A stretch of DNA of 64,000 bases, taken from NCBI RefSeq assembly GCF_009914755.1, contig NC_060947.1; one strand, written 5' to 3'. The stretch is from the human T2T-CHM13v2.0 reference genome, Homo sapiens. Below the pieces are notes generated by a model. That model was given only the letters and a program-made list of their open reading frames with translations, ran no database searches and was not told the DNA's origin. Shown piece after piece: positions 37,417-52,693 of the stretch (positions within the stretch are counted from its first letter, which is position 1; the number at the start of each line of letters is the position of its first letter). Position numbers and translations under genes: made by a program.

Positions 37417-38389
37417 TGACAAAGCCTCCACTGAGATTATCTCAGGACAAATTGTAAGAGGACAATTTGCCTAGCCCTGAGGCATTTGGAGCTAAACTTA
37501 AGTTTCTGGAAGTCAACTAAGAATTTTCTTGTTGTATAGAATAAACATTCAGAATGATGAATGTACATCCTTGCTTTTAAGACATATCTAGGTGGACAGC
37601 AGGTCCAGGAGCAAGAGCAAGTTTGAGGCTGGGTACACCAAAAATATATAAGAAAGATCCTCCAATATACAGGAGTGGAAAAGAAACTTCAATTTTAACA
37701 GTCCAGTAGCCCAGTTACACTCTTAGTTATTCCAAATATTTCACATGAGAATACGCCCTGAGGTAAGGTACTTTGTGAATGTTCCTGATCTGATATGCAT
37801 AGGTAGCTTTGAGAGAAATGAGCTTAGGGTGGGGGGGGTGGCGGGAGTAGGGGGGAGTTACTTTATTAAGTACAAAAGAAACACTCTCTATGTTGTCTTC
37901 CCACCCTAAATCAAGTGTCCATGGAAACTGGGTAGCTTTTGCTTGAAAAAGGGGCTCTTGTTAAGATCTCCTTTTTGTTCTAGCACATCCCTGCTTAAGA
38001 ACTTAACTTTCAGGCCACACACAACAGCTTATTAACCCAAATAAATGATTCATGCTGGACATTTTCAGAATTAAATGCTGGCCATTTTCAACAGCCCAGT
38101 GGGAATGGTCAGGTGAAGAAGAATGGAAAAATTATGCCATCAAATAATTTAGTAGATGGTTAACTATACCACCTCAAGCTGGCCCTGGATGAAACTAACT
38201 CACTAACAACCCTCTTTAATACATCAGCAGGCCTTAGTTTACCATATTAGCTAGATTCAGAGCTGAGTCCCTAGAGAAGAGACTCCGGATTGATTCAGTT
38301 TAAATGACAGGAGTATCTGAGAGGCTTGGGGTTACCATGGAAATACTAATAAATAGCATACAACGCACCTCTTGGAGTTGGAGTAATGA

Positions 38390-38695
<306 letters not shown>

Positions 38696-39218
38696 CAAAA
38701 TATTGATTAGAGAGCAAGACAAGGTGCTATTAAGAAAAACAACTTCACCTGTGGCTGAACCTAATCCTTAGCTTGAGCCAGTTATGGATGAAAGTCTTTA
38801 GAACATAGGAATATTATGATCAAATAGCTGCAGTGGGGGTAAGAGAAGTGGCCGTTAGAGATTACTTAGTGAATCATCATTCCTCATCTGCTCAGCCCAA
38901 TCCCACCTAACCACCAGCCAAGCTGTCTCACCACCAACATACTCTAAGCCCCTATGGTAAATAAAAGATCTTTGGTGAGGTGAGGCCTTGCTCCCCATGA
39001 CTACTTGATTTTCCACCTAGGCTTCTGTAGGGAAGTTGTTGAGGAAGGCACTCCATTTCCCCAGAGATCCCTAAAGAGCATGTACATACTTCCCCAGCTA
39101 TGTGATTTAGAGCCTGTTCCTCTACCTCACTGAAAGGGAAAAAGAGTACTTATAAAATGTTTACTACTGTTAATCCTTATAACAACCCTCTGGAATTCTT
39201 ACTCTTTAGACTTCACAA

Positions 39219-40081
<863 letters not shown>

Positions 40082-42114
40082 ACATTCGCCACACTTTACA
40101 GATGGGAAATTGAGTTGGAGAAATTGAGGCTAAAACAGCAAGTAGCTAGTGCCAGAATTTGGGACCTGTCAGTCTGATTTCAGTCCCTATGCTCTTTCTT
40201 AACTACTCCACTACAACTTCAGTTTAGAGAAACAGAATTTTTCCATAAAGCCCAGTTGCACACAGGGGCTACACTGTATTCAAAATACATGCTGAGTCTT
40301 TAAATACTAGAATCAGACTCAGTGAAGCAAGAAACATTGCAAGGAACATGAGACAGAAGCCTAGAATCTGCTGTCCCCTCAGGAAGTCTCAATCTGGGGC
40401 ACATGCCTCTTGAGTGAAGGATGGGCAAAATTTCTTGAAGTGTTTAAATCCTTCCTTGTTATGTATGATCACAATAAGGAGATTATCAAAATGTGATTTC
40501 ATTAATCACACAGTTTATTGCCATAAAAAGAGAATTTTTTTTTCCTTAGGTTCACAATGCTTATAAAGGGGGAGAATAACATGAACAAATCTCACAGGGA
40601 ACACACTCAATAGATGAGGGACATTAAGCATATAGTGAATGAGATCCAAAATTATTAAAGTCTAGTTGTTCAATCAGGATGGAAGCAGGCCTCTGTGGAA
40701 AGTAACATCAAATGAAAGTTTGAGTTATACCTTTTGGTTACAAGCAGTTTTTTGGGAGCGATGGCATTCAACGTAACAGAGATCCATGAGGACATGTAAG
40801 GCCCCTCAGTGCTAGAGGACAGTACCAGTATTGGTGGGCAAGGCTTCAAAGCTCAAAGATTAACAGAGCAAACCTCAGGTATCAGAGAAGTGGCTGACAG
40901 AGAGCAGCCTGGTCACAGCAAACGCTCTCTGTCTCTCATATGAGGTCTGATAAGACATCACATGCTCGAGGGGAAGAAGGAGTATATTCCAAGTTCTTGC
41001 ACAGCAAAACATGTTACTCACATAGCAAACTATGGAAGTATTTGGAATCATTTCCAAGATACATAACATTCCTTCATCCCTCTTTGCTGCACACATACAG
41101 GAAAATTTACGTATATTAAATGTGCACATGAGGCCAGGCCATCATTTGTAAAACAAGGCAAGGTGTGTGGGTTTTCAAAGTACTTAGAAATATAATTGAC
41201 AAAGAAAATAGATAAAAAGGATCTAAGGCCTGTACACTGGTCAACTTCCTTGCCTGTGTGTTGCTTCTAGTTGGCCTGTGGTTGTGCAGCAGAATAGAAA
41301 ACATTATTTCCGCTGGTTAATAGAAGACAGGTCTGAAGCCTCACGCAATTGAAGAAGTGTTGGCCAGTGCTTCTAACAAGCTCTGCAGGAGAAAGTGCAG
41401 CTAGGAGGATAAGGAGAAAATGGAAAACCTCAGGGAGGCTTCCTCCCAGCAAGCCTGCAGGAAGGCAAGGCACTGAGCATTTCTGACAGCTCTCTTGTTT
41501 TCTGCTCCCCTATTGTATTGATAAATATCACCAAAGGGCTTCTGAGCCTCGGACCTGGTGGAAGTACTTGGTTGAGCTGTTACTGATATTATGCACACAT
41601 TCATACAGCTCCCAGAGGCTCAGGATTTGTTTGTCAAGAAAGCTACAATCAACACTTTCATCATGTCAGGAAGACATTCTAGGTTGTGAGCATGAGGCTA
41701 ATGTCTGCACCCCTCACTTGGATGGAGCCACTTGGTCTCACATCATGAGATGTGAGCTGTAAACAGAAATGGCAGATGCTGTACATCCCACCTCATTACC
41801 TAGTGCCTTCAAATGAAAAGCGATAAACATGCTGCTACCTTAAGCATCTTGCACTTGTTCCACATTAATGGAAACTCTATGTTCTAGCTACAAGTAGTGG
41901 ATTTCAGGTTGTTGGTTAATAACAATTCACTAATTTAAAACAAACAATTGGGGCATTCATTTGAAGGGTAGTTACTAGATGAGGAGACTGAACTCTCTCA
42001 GGCTTCATTGAACTTGGTTTCAGGTGACTCTGCAATGACAGACTTTGGATACATGCATTGACTTCATCAGCAGAAAGAAAGATTTTTATAATCACACGTT
42101 CCAGGATAATAACG

Positions 42115-42292
42115 AGGAAGGACAGGAGAGAGAAACAAAGAGAGAAGGGAAGAGGGGAGGGAAAAATCAGTGAGGGTGAGAGGAAGAGAAAAAGAGAACA
42201 GAGAGGTAGAGAAGAAGGGAAAAAGAAAGTGACGGGGGAGGGGGAACACACAGAGGAAAGGTAGAAGGGAAGAAAAAAAGAAAAGAAAGAAA
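42115..42292. repeat. GA-rich low-complexity tract
   Basis: Read directly; it explains the low-complexity ORFs here. Confidence 0.85.
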
Positions 42293-43000
42293 TACGTTCT
42301 ATCATATACCATGTGAGTTGGAATATTATGGGAAGAAAAACAATAGCAGAGAGGTTTTGTTTGTTGTTTCTTAATGCAAAGAGGTTTTTGATTGCTACTA
42401 CCACAGCTGGCTGTACTCCATGGTGACTGAGTTTTGTTTTTTGTTTTTTGGTTTTTTTTTTGGAAAAGACCTAATAGAATAACTTAAGCAACCTAGGGAA
42501 ACAAAAGACACAAAGGAAAAAGGAGATAAAGTTCCAGAGTGGTGCTGACCTGATTTTAGTGACATTTCTAATCCTGCCTAGAAGTACTCAGTAATTGAAA
42601 GCAGGTAGGTTTTATTTAAAAGGGAGAAGAGAGAAGGGAAAAACATCGGTCATTAAATGCTGTTTACCATTTTGGCTCCCACCTTGCATTGAACCGAAGT
42701 TTGAAAGCAATGGCTAGAATAAACAGAAATAAAAATGAGAAGGTTCCAAGGATTTCTTTTTGGCAGTACTGCAATGCGGATCTGACAGAGCCAAGGGGCC
42801 CAGGAGCAGTCAGTAAGCACTGCAGAAAAAGTACATTCACAACTCTGCAGTTAGTTGCCCTGTAGAGGGTTTTACCAGGTGGCACTCCTTTCAGTATTTT
42901 TCTGTGTAAAATGGTATAACATTTGGTCTATTTTTGCTAAAAATAATATTTTGGCAGGGACTCAGAAAAGTAAGGTCGATAACGTTTAGAGGCTTGGTAC

Positions 43001-43659
43001 TGTAACTACCTTATGGGTTCTTCCTGCCCACTGCACAGACAAAACCAATTCACTGAGACCATGCCATTGCAATAAAGAAAGAGTTTAATCAACACAAAGC
43101 CAGCCACATCATGTGGGAGAGAGTTATTACTCAAATCAATCTCCCTGAAAATTCAGAGGCTAGGGTTTTTCAAGGATAGTTTGGCGAGCAAGGGAAGGGG
43201 TGTGTGGAAAGTGGTCCTTCTTTTTTGGGGGTGCGTAGGGGGCAGGTCTGGGTGGAGCCATCATTGTCAGAAATGAAAAAACCTGAAAAGACATCTCCAA
43301 AGGCCAATCTACAATAGTGATGTTATCCACAGAAGTAATTGGGAAAGTTGCATATCTTGTGGAATATCTCTGGAATAAGGGCTGGTAATTACTTATGTCT
43401 ACACCTCAGCAGAAGCCAGGGTCCTCTCATCCTCCTAACCTGGTGGCCTTTCATTAGTTTTACGAAAGAGGTTTAGTTTTGGGAAAGGGCTATTATCATT
43501 TATACTATAAACTAAATGTCTCCCAAGGTTAGCTTGGCCCAGGCCCAGGAAGGATTAAGGGCAGTTTAGAGGTTAAAGGCAAGATGGGGGTTGATTAGAT
43601 TGGATATCTTTCACTGTCATAATTTTCTCATAGTTATAGCTTTTGCAAAGGCAGTTTCA
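43001..43659 (-). mobile_element. ERV1 solo LTR (LTR8 family)
   Basis: Ends 'tgtaactacc..tgggttcttcctgcccactgc' and 'ttttgcaaaggcagtttca' (reverse complement of the LTR8 start); TSD gtac/atac. Confidence 0.87.
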
Positions 43660-43663
43660 ATAC

Positions 43664-43818
43664 TGAAATCATAGTTTGAAGACCAGCAGCAGGAGAAGCA
43701 TCTGGGAGCTGGTTAGAAATGCAGAATGTTGGTCCTACTCCAGGCAGACTGAATCAGAATCGGCATATTAATAAAATCCCAGGGGATTAATACACAGATG
43801 AAATTTGAGCAGCCCTGG
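43664..43818. mobile_element. MER5A/B MITE
   Basis: 'gaccagcagc...catctgggagctggttagaaatgcagaat...actgaatcagaatc...aaatttgagcagccctg'. Confidence 0.8.
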
Positions 43819-44082
43819 TTAAGAGAAAAATGGTAGGCTAACATCTCAAGTATCTATTTACTGAAGGCCTTTTGTTCTATCTGAGATCCTTAGTGCTTAA
43901 CTGTGTATGCCCTTGCAAGTGACATGTGCAACCTCCATCCCCTTCCCCATCTCACGGCCAAGGCAGATGTTCCCAATTGATTAATCAATGCTGGACACCA
44001 GGAACACTGTCCTGAATTGTGAAGCTGAAAAGTGATTGGGTGAAAAATCTGGCTTAGCTTTTGTGTGTATGTGTGTCTTTAT

Positions 44083-44260
44083 CAGAAGTTCTCAAGCTTT
44101 AGCATGCATCAGAATCATCTGGAGAACTTGCTAAAACACAGAGTGCTGAACCCCAGAGGCAGAGTTTCTGAAGCAGCAGGTCTGGGGTGAAGCCTGAGAA
44201 TTTGCATTTCTAATTCATTCTAAATGCTGATGGTCCAGGGATTGTACTTTGAGAACCGCC
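44083..44260. mobile_element. MER5A MITE (opposite orientation to the copy at 43664)
   Basis: 'gttctcaagctttagcatgcatcagaatcatctggag...gagaatttgcatttctaa...ctttgagaacc'. Confidence 0.85.
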
Positions 44261-44483
44261 AGACACTATCCTTTCCCTACCCCTCTCCCTCATATAAAGG
44301 CATTGTCATCTATCCTTGCCCTTGTTCTCTGCAAAGTGAGGGATAGTAGCTTGATGTGGTAACAAATATTGGCTGCTTAACCTGTTATACTCAAGAGAAC
44401 AGAAATTTTATGAATATCTTAAAACAAACTCCTAAGAGTATTGTCTTAAATTATCTGCAGATGGTATTTTAAAAGTAAGAGTC

Positions 44484-44778
<295 letters not shown>

Positions 44779-45257
44779 GTAAGAGTCATGTGTTAGAGAT
44801 GGAGAGGAGGTGTTTGGGGGCAGTCAATACCATGCTATGTCCTCTAGGTACCATCACCTAGACACTTGCCTCCGTAGGCCCTACCAACAGGACCAGGGGT
44901 CAGCTTCTGTGAATGTTTCCAGCAAGGCATGAGTCACTCTGCCAGGGAAACCCCTTTCTTTATCATAAAATATAAGGGAAAAAACTCTATCCAAAAAAGG
45001 AAGAAAGGTTGCCTTGCAACATTTTTGGGAAACAAGTAAGTTCTTTGTCTTATTGTAAAATGTGAAGCCTTCTTTATTTCAGAGACTAAAATGAGTACTA
45101 GAGACAGAAAGTCAAATAAGATATGGTTCCCAGGTTCAACCATGCAATTACAGTATATTTTGGATAATACAGTACAGGTATGAGCCAGGTCCCATATAAA
45201 GAGAAGGGAGGCTAATTTAGTCCAAAGGTTATGAGGGCTTCCTGGAGTAGAGGATGG

Positions 45258-45837
45258 TCAAGGAAATGAAAATATGTTACACTAAAATATACTTCTTTGA
45301 CGTATTTTGACATGGATATTCAGACAATCAGAAAACAAAAGTATCCCTGCAAAGCTGTCTTTTGTGAAGGGATTTGCATCAGGAGAGAAAATCTGCATTG
45401 ATGCAGCTAGGCCACCTCATCCAGATCTAGGAAGGTTTAACTGATAATCCGACACCTTTGAAAGTCTGAAAAACAAACAAGCAAAAACAAAAACAAAAAA
45501 AACATTTACCATGTATTGTCTCTGAGGGCTGCTACCTATGAAGTTTCAACTACATAACAAGATCCCCTTCGCTAGCCAGGCCTCCTGTTCTCCCCACTCC
45601 CATAATCTGTCTTGTCACCATAACAGTTTTGCCAGGATCCAAGCCCCTGTTCTTTCTGTAACCTCAAGATGGTATGAAGATGAAAGCATCAACCAGTTTA
45701 CCTTTGAGTTTTTATATAATGTGTGACTCCCATGCACATGTAATACATGTGTGTATTTTTTCTTGTTAATCTATTATCAGTTTGTTTCATAGACTCAAAT
45801 TATCAAACCTTCAGAAAAACATTTAAACTTTCTTACA
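45258..45837 (+). mobile_element. ERV1 solo LTR (MER4 group, LTR29/LTR48/LTR49-like), inside an L2
   Basis: 'aaggaaatgaaaatat...aaaatatacttctttgacgtattttg...ccctgcaaagctgtcttttgtg'; TSD 'atgg'. Confidence 0.78.
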
Positions 45838-45988
45838 ATGGCTAATCTGATTATCAAATAATGATTGGGAGTTACCTTTAGCAAGAGAATAATATGATAG
45901 TTGTACTTACTAGAATGATTACACTGGCAGCTTTGTGAAGAAAGGATTGAGTCAAGACTTGGGATAGGGACTGGTTAGAAGATGGTCA

Positions 45989-46693
45989 TGTTAGCAGCAG
46001 AGAATCTGTATGGGTCTGCAGCAACCTCAGTTCTTGCCTCCTCACAAGAAAGAATTCAACCAAGTGGTACGAGGCAGAGTGAGAGGCCGAGGAAAGTTTT
46101 AGAGCAGAGTGAAAGTTTATTTAAGTTTTAGAGCAGGAACAAGAAGAAGTACACTTGGAAGAGGGCCAAGCAGATGACTTGAGAAATTCAAGTGCCCATT
46201 TGACATTTGACTTGGGGTTTTATATGTTGGCAGGCTTCCAGGGGGTTGCATCCCTTCTCCCCCAATTCTTCCTTTGGGATGGGCTGTCTGCCTGCACAGT
46301 GGCTTGCCAGCGCTCGGGAGGGGCTGCATGTGTTTACTGAAATTGTGCACATACTCACTTGAGGCATTTTCCCCTTAGCAGTTGAGTGTTCCTAGGGGAA
46401 GATTATATGTCAGTTAAACTCTGCCATTTTGCCTCTTAGCGCACATGCTTGATCCCACTTGCCCAAATCCTGAGATCTTATTGGGAAGCTGCTAATCACC
46501 AGCTTCAGGTGTTTCTATCCATTGGGAGACTGCCTTTCCCTGGTGCCGGCTGCAATGAAGCATTTTTTTAGAGAGAGTTTAACAACTGCCTGACTATCTC
46601 CTGATGGTTGCTTGACATTCCTGGTGCGGGGTGGTGGGGGGAGGGGGGGTGTTCCCTGCCCTGCTCATGTCTGACTAACTACCTACTGTAGCA
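45989..46693 (-). mobile_element. ERV1 solo LTR (MER50)
   Basis: Ends 'tgttagcagc..gaatctgtatgggtctgcagcaacctc' and 'cctgccctgctcatgtctgactaactacctactgtagca'; perfect TSD 'gtca'. Confidence 0.86.
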
Positions 46694-46921
46694 GTCACAA
46701 TAGTATATGGAGACCTAAACTAGAGAATGGCAGAAGGGGAGAGATAGACAGTCAGAAAATATCCAAGATATAGAATTATACAGTCCTCACAATTCTAGCT
46801 GTAGGTTACTCTTATGCAGAGTTATGCTTCTTGAGGATGATACCCAGAAATGTGGTCACAGCTCATTTAGCCCTGCCTTCTGGAGAGGACTTCATCTTAT
46901 TTTAACCCTCTACTACCACCA

Positions 46922-47498
46922 TGTAGGGGTCAAGGGAAAACTTTTCCTTTGCCCTTTGAAGTTTCATTGAAAATCAACTGACAAAAGGTAGATTAGATTA
47001 ATAAGAGAAATGGCATACAAATTTACTAACATGTACAGGAGAATACCAGAGTGATTACCCCAACTCTCCAATGGGGTTCAGAAGCTTATATGCCATCTTG
47101 AGGTTACAGAAAGAATATGGGCTTTAATCCTGGCGAAACAGTTTAGGGTGGCAAGATAGATTATAGGAGAGAGAGAAGAAGAGGTCTGGTTAGCAAAGGT
47201 GGTCTTGTTATGTAGATGAAACCTCCAAGGTAGCAGTCCTAAGAGAGAATATAGATTGTAAATGTTTCTTTCAGACCTGTAAGGGTGTCAAACTCTCAAT
47301 TAATCTTTCCTAGATACAGACAAGGGAAGGCCCTCAGAGAAAACCTGGAAGTATCAATGCAGATTTTATCTACAGATGCAAATCTCCTCCACAAAAGACA
47401 GCTTTGCAGGGTTACCTCTGTTTGCAGACTCTCTAAACAGCCATCTCAAAATATGTCAAAGTAGTATATTTTGCGGTAAAATATTTTTATTTCCTTCA
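46922..47498 (-). mobile_element. ERV1 solo LTR (same MER4-group lineage as 45258 and 57019)
   Basis: Ends 'tgtaggggtcaagggaaaac' and 'caaaatatgtcaaag..tatatttt..ggtaaaatatttttatttccttca'; perfect TSD 'acca'. Confidence 0.8.
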
Positions 47499-48158
47499 AC
47501 CATCATACTCTTTTCCTTCTATTTTACTAGATTCCTCTAGAACTGATTATAGTGCCACTTCAATATTCTTGTTTTCAGACATCCCCCTTATTAGACCATG
47601 TTATTTTTACGAAATGCCCCAAGTGTCTGCCCTGGCTCTGCTTCCCTCCCCCAGGTACCAAACTCTGCTAGCAGACCCACTACAGATTTGACTGGTACCT
47701 GGCCTCACGGGGAGCCATCTTTAAATACCAACTCTCCTAGCCAAGAGCTGCTTGTATCTATGTACATGTATCTTTGCTGACTTGTGTCTTGCTAACATCT
47801 GCCTTCTAGTTACTCTGACAGTCTACTTATGCCGCTATATCGATAAACTCATGATTTTCTTTCTGAATCAAGACTTTTGGCTGCCAGGTAAACTCACAGC
47901 CCAATCTGTCTCAGCAACTTCCACCCCCAGCAGTTATTTGCCATCAGGGTATTTGATCTAGACCAAGGAGTGTCTCAGTCTCCACTATTTGGCCATTATA
48001 GCAGATGCCTCTGGTACCCTAGCCTTATCCCCTATGTTCACCTCTGATTTCAGCCAAAGATATTATAAATAGTTCTGTGCAAAGGCCCCACTTTTGCCTT
48101 TATCCCACCTCAAGCCACACCTCTTTTTGCTTTTTGCCCTAGGGCCTTATCCAATATT

Positions 48159-49791
48159 CGAGGGAACTTCAAAAAGTTCATGGAAAAATGGAATTAAAAG
48201 ATAAAAATTAAAAACATAAACTTTATTTTTTCACATAAGCTCCATCAAGTCCAAGACACTTTTCTAAGTGATAATAACAGCCATTTAGTTCATCCCTAGA
48301 GAAATGAGGATCCTGGGAATTTAACTATGTCAATGCAGTCATTGCACAGCATTAACTGAAGAAAAATGGGTGTCCTTTAAAGATTTTTTTTGAGACAAAG
48401 TCTTGCTCTATCGCCCAGGCTGGAGCGCAGTGGCACAATCTTGGCTCACTGCAACCTCCACCTCCTAGGCTCAAGCGATCCTCCAGCCTCAGCCTCTTGA
48501 GTAGCTGGGCCTACAGACACATGCCACCACGCTTGACTAATTTTTGTATTTTTTGTAGAGATGGGGTTTCATCATGTTGTTCAGGCTGGTCTTGAACACC
48601 TGGGCTCAAGCGATCCACCCATCTTGGCCTCCCAGAGTGCAGGCATGAGCCACTGCACTATGCAAAAGATGTTTTAAGATTAGGAAACAAAAGGAAGTCA
48701 GAAGGGGCCAAATCAGGACTGTAAGGTAGATGCCTAATAATTTCTCGTTGAAACTCTTGCAAAATTGCACTTGTTTTGGTGCAAGGAATGAACAGGAGCA
48801 TTGTCATGGTAGAGAAGAACTCTCTGTTGAAGTTTTCCTGGGCATTTTTCTGCTAAAGCTTTGGCTAGCTTTTCAAAACACCCTCATAATAAGCAGATGC
48901 TATTGTTATTTGGCCCCCCAGAATATCAACAAGCAAAATTCCTTGAGCATTCAAAAAAACTGTTGTCATGACCTTTGCTCTTGACCAGTTTGCTTTTGCT
49001 TTGACTGGACCACTTCCACTTCTTGGTAGTCATTCCTTTGATTGTGTTTTGTCTTCAGGATCATAGTGGTAAAGCCATGTTTCATCTCCTGTTACAATTC
49101 TTCAAAGAAATATTTCAGGATCTTGATCCCACTTACTTAAAATTTCCATTGGAAGCTCTGGTCTTGTCTGCATTTGATCTAGGCACAATGGTTTTGGTGC
49201 TCATCGAGTGAAAAGTTTGCTCAACCTTAATTTTCCAATCACAGTAGTGTAAGCTGAACCAGTTGAGATGTCTACGGTGTTGGCTATTGTTTCTGCTGTT
49301 AATCATCAGTCCTCTTCAATTAGAGCACAAACAGGATGGATTTTTTTCCTGGCAAATTGATGAGGATGGTCTGCCACCATGGGCTTCATCTTCAACTGCA
49401 CCATGGGCTTCATCTTCAACACCATCCTGTCTGTTCTTAAAATGAGTTACCCATTTCTAAACTGCTGACTTCTTTGGACATCGTCCTTGTAAACTTTTCA
49501 TAAAGCAACAATGATTTCATCGTTCTTCTACCCAAGCTTTGCCATGAATTTGATGTTTATTCTTGCTTCAATTTTAGCATAATTCATGTTGCTCTAATAG
49601 GGGCTCTTTTCAAACTGGTATCTTATCCTTCTTAGTGTCTCAAACTAGATCCTGTCAAAAGTTAGTACTAGCTTATAGTACTAACAATACATGTATTTTA
49701 TATGGTTCAATACATGAATTATATATTTTGAAATTCATCCATAATTTTTTCATAATACAAATTTTCTCATGAACTTTTTGAAGCTTTTTCA
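48159..49791 (-). mobile_element. Full-length HSMAR2 mariner transposon with transposase pseudogene (ATG at 49587, minus), interrupted by AluJ
   Basis: TIRs 'cgagggaacttcaaaaagttcatggaaaa' and 'ttttctcatgaactttttgaagctttttca' followed by TA; translation 'MNYAKIEARINIKFMAKLG*KNDEII..' matches the Hsmar2 N-terminus as I recall it, with stops. Confidence 0.92.
48384..48663 (-). mobile_element. Alu (AluJ) inside HSMAR2
   Basis: J-type 'ctcaagcgatcctcc', 'ttttgtagagatgggg'; TSD approximately 'aaagatKtttt'. Confidence 0.94.
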
Positions 49792-50650
49792 TATTAGTAG
49801 TTTGCCTGTACATAAGCATACCCCAAAAGTGTGGGAAGGTAGTGTCTGCAGGGGTGATTTTCAAACAATAAGGGGGTAGGGAGTGATGTATAAATAGATG
49901 AAAGCTCTGACCACCCATGAGATTCTTTATACTTCTTCAGAAGCCCTGGTGGAATCAAGACCCTGTTCATCATAGCAATTACCTCAATTAAGTACCCATA
50001 TATTAGGTTTTCACTCTCCCTGCCTCATTTCCCCATTTCTTCACTCTTGCTTCATGAAATCATATCCCAAATAAACCATCTACATTCAAATCCTTGTCTC
50101 AGTTTGGGTTCCCTGCAAGGCAGAGTCAAAGATAGTCATATAGCATGTTTTACTCTGTCTCCTATATTACTCATTTCCAGAAAATGCCAAACAATATACA
50201 ACATTTAAGAGGAAGAAAGAAGGGGTATAGAGATCTACAAGGTAGAGGGAATAAACATAGTATTAAAGTAGAAAACTTGTGATATTAGGGACAACAAGGA
50301 ATTATATATGCAAAGAAAAAATCTGAGACCAAAGTTGCCAACATTCTTTCAATTAAAGGACTAATCCTTAGGCAGACCACATATACAACTCAGAGCTCTT
50401 AGTCAAAGGAATATAGAGGTTGGCATGCCACCAAGCTGCTCAGCATCATAGTTGTTAGATTAAAATGTGATGGTGCCTCCAGGGTAGTGCAATACAGAGA
50501 CTCTGATGTGAAGAAGTAATTTGTTTGAGATCCATTTGTCTAGTGGTAAAAAAATAACCTTTCGGTTGGGACAGGGGGTAAAGAGGAGGAGTCAGGGAGA
50601 GAATGTGTATGTGTTTGGGAAGGGATAAAGTAAATTTTAAGAAGCAGTTG

Positions 50651-51235
<585 letters not shown>

Positions 51236-51314
51236 TCATCCTTTATGCCTTTTGTGAGAAAATGTAAGAACCTAGGATGGTGACAGGTAAAACATAGGAT
51301 ATATAGACCCACCA

Positions 51315-52288
51315 TTAGCAGATGCCATTGGTGCCCAGCCTATATCTTCCCATATCCACTGTAGTGGTTCTCAAATAAGTCCACAAATTCTTTGACATAC
51401 CTCCTTTCAAAAGGTGATGATAAAGTTCCCCTTGAGTGTGTGCATTGGAATTAGTGATTTCCTTCTTACCAAAATAGAATATGGCAGGACTAGGTAACGG
51501 TGTGTGACTGTCAATACTAGGTTATAAAAGGCATTGTGGTTTTCTCCTTGTGCTCTGTCTTGTGTTGCTCACTCTGAAGAAATCAGTTGCTATATCTTGA
51601 GAATACTCAAGTAGCCCTAATGAGGGGCCCACATGGTAAGAACATGGGGCCTCTTCCTAACAGCCAGCAAAGAACTGAGCCCTTCTGCCAACAGCCATGC
51701 ATCTTGGAAGTGGATCCTCCAGCCCCCGTCAAGCCTTCAGATGACTGCAGCCTGGCTGACATCTTGAATGTAACTTTATGGGAAACCTTGATCCAGAACC
51801 ACCCAGTTAAGCTGATTTCCTGATACACAGAAACAATGGCTTAGAAACATTATTATCCCACAAAATGTGGAAGTAATTTATTATGCAACAATAGACAATT
51901 ATTTACTATTCTAGTACCTGCCAATCCAACAGCTACCAACTGAAGGTACTTGTAACTCTGTGCCTGAGGGGTTTCTCTGGCTGCTGCTACCCTCTCATTC
52001 ATCATGCTGGGGCAGGCTAGAAGTATCAGAGAGTCAGCATTCTCAGAAGTAGATTTCAGTCAATCACTCAGAGAGTTTGGCGGACAAACATTTTCACCTT
52101 CTTCCCCCTGAATGTAGAAAACTATCTTCCAGAGTCCTCCAACAGAAGTGAGGCCCAGGTGCTCGCAGATAAGTAATCTGCTCTCATTTCATGTTCATCT
52201 TACCTTTCCAGTCCCTTATCCATAACTACTGATATAATCTCCTGAACAAAGTACTGCTACTCAAATCCTTGCCTCAGGGTCGGCTTTT
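51315..52288 (+). mobile_element. ERVL LTR16C-like LTR split by an MLT1 (pieces about 51315-51358, 51905-52288)
   Basis: 'gcagatgccattggtgccc' ... 'ctcaaatccttgcctcagggtcggcttttggggtaacc..cctaagata'. Confidence 0.65.
51359..51905 (+). mobile_element. ERVL-MaLR solo LTR (MLT1F/G-like)
   Basis: 'ccacaaattctttgaca..cctcctttcaaaagg...gaggggcccacatggtaagaac...ccttcagatgactgcagcc...caatagacaa'. Confidence 0.8.
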
Positions 52289-52342
52289 GGGGTAACCTTA
52301 CCTAAGATATCATCAGATAATTAAGTTCCAGCCTTTCTATTA

Positions 52343-52693
<351 letters not shown>

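Larger units (their letters stand above)
47985..50132 (+). mobile_element. ERVL LTR16-like LTR split by HSMAR2 (pieces about 47985-48156, 49794-50132)
   Basis: 5' piece 'gcagatgcctctggtacc'; 3' piece 'cccaaataaaccatctacattcaaatccttgtctcag'. Confidence 0.58.

Noticed and set aside
41916-42404. 162-aa hydrophobic ORF resembling a membrane protein
   Set aside because: The F/L/S/P richness comes from the antisense of a GA-rich low-complexity tract.
42860-42890. CTCF-like 'ttaccaggtggcac'
   Set aside because: Lacks the 5' CC of the core; too weak without data.
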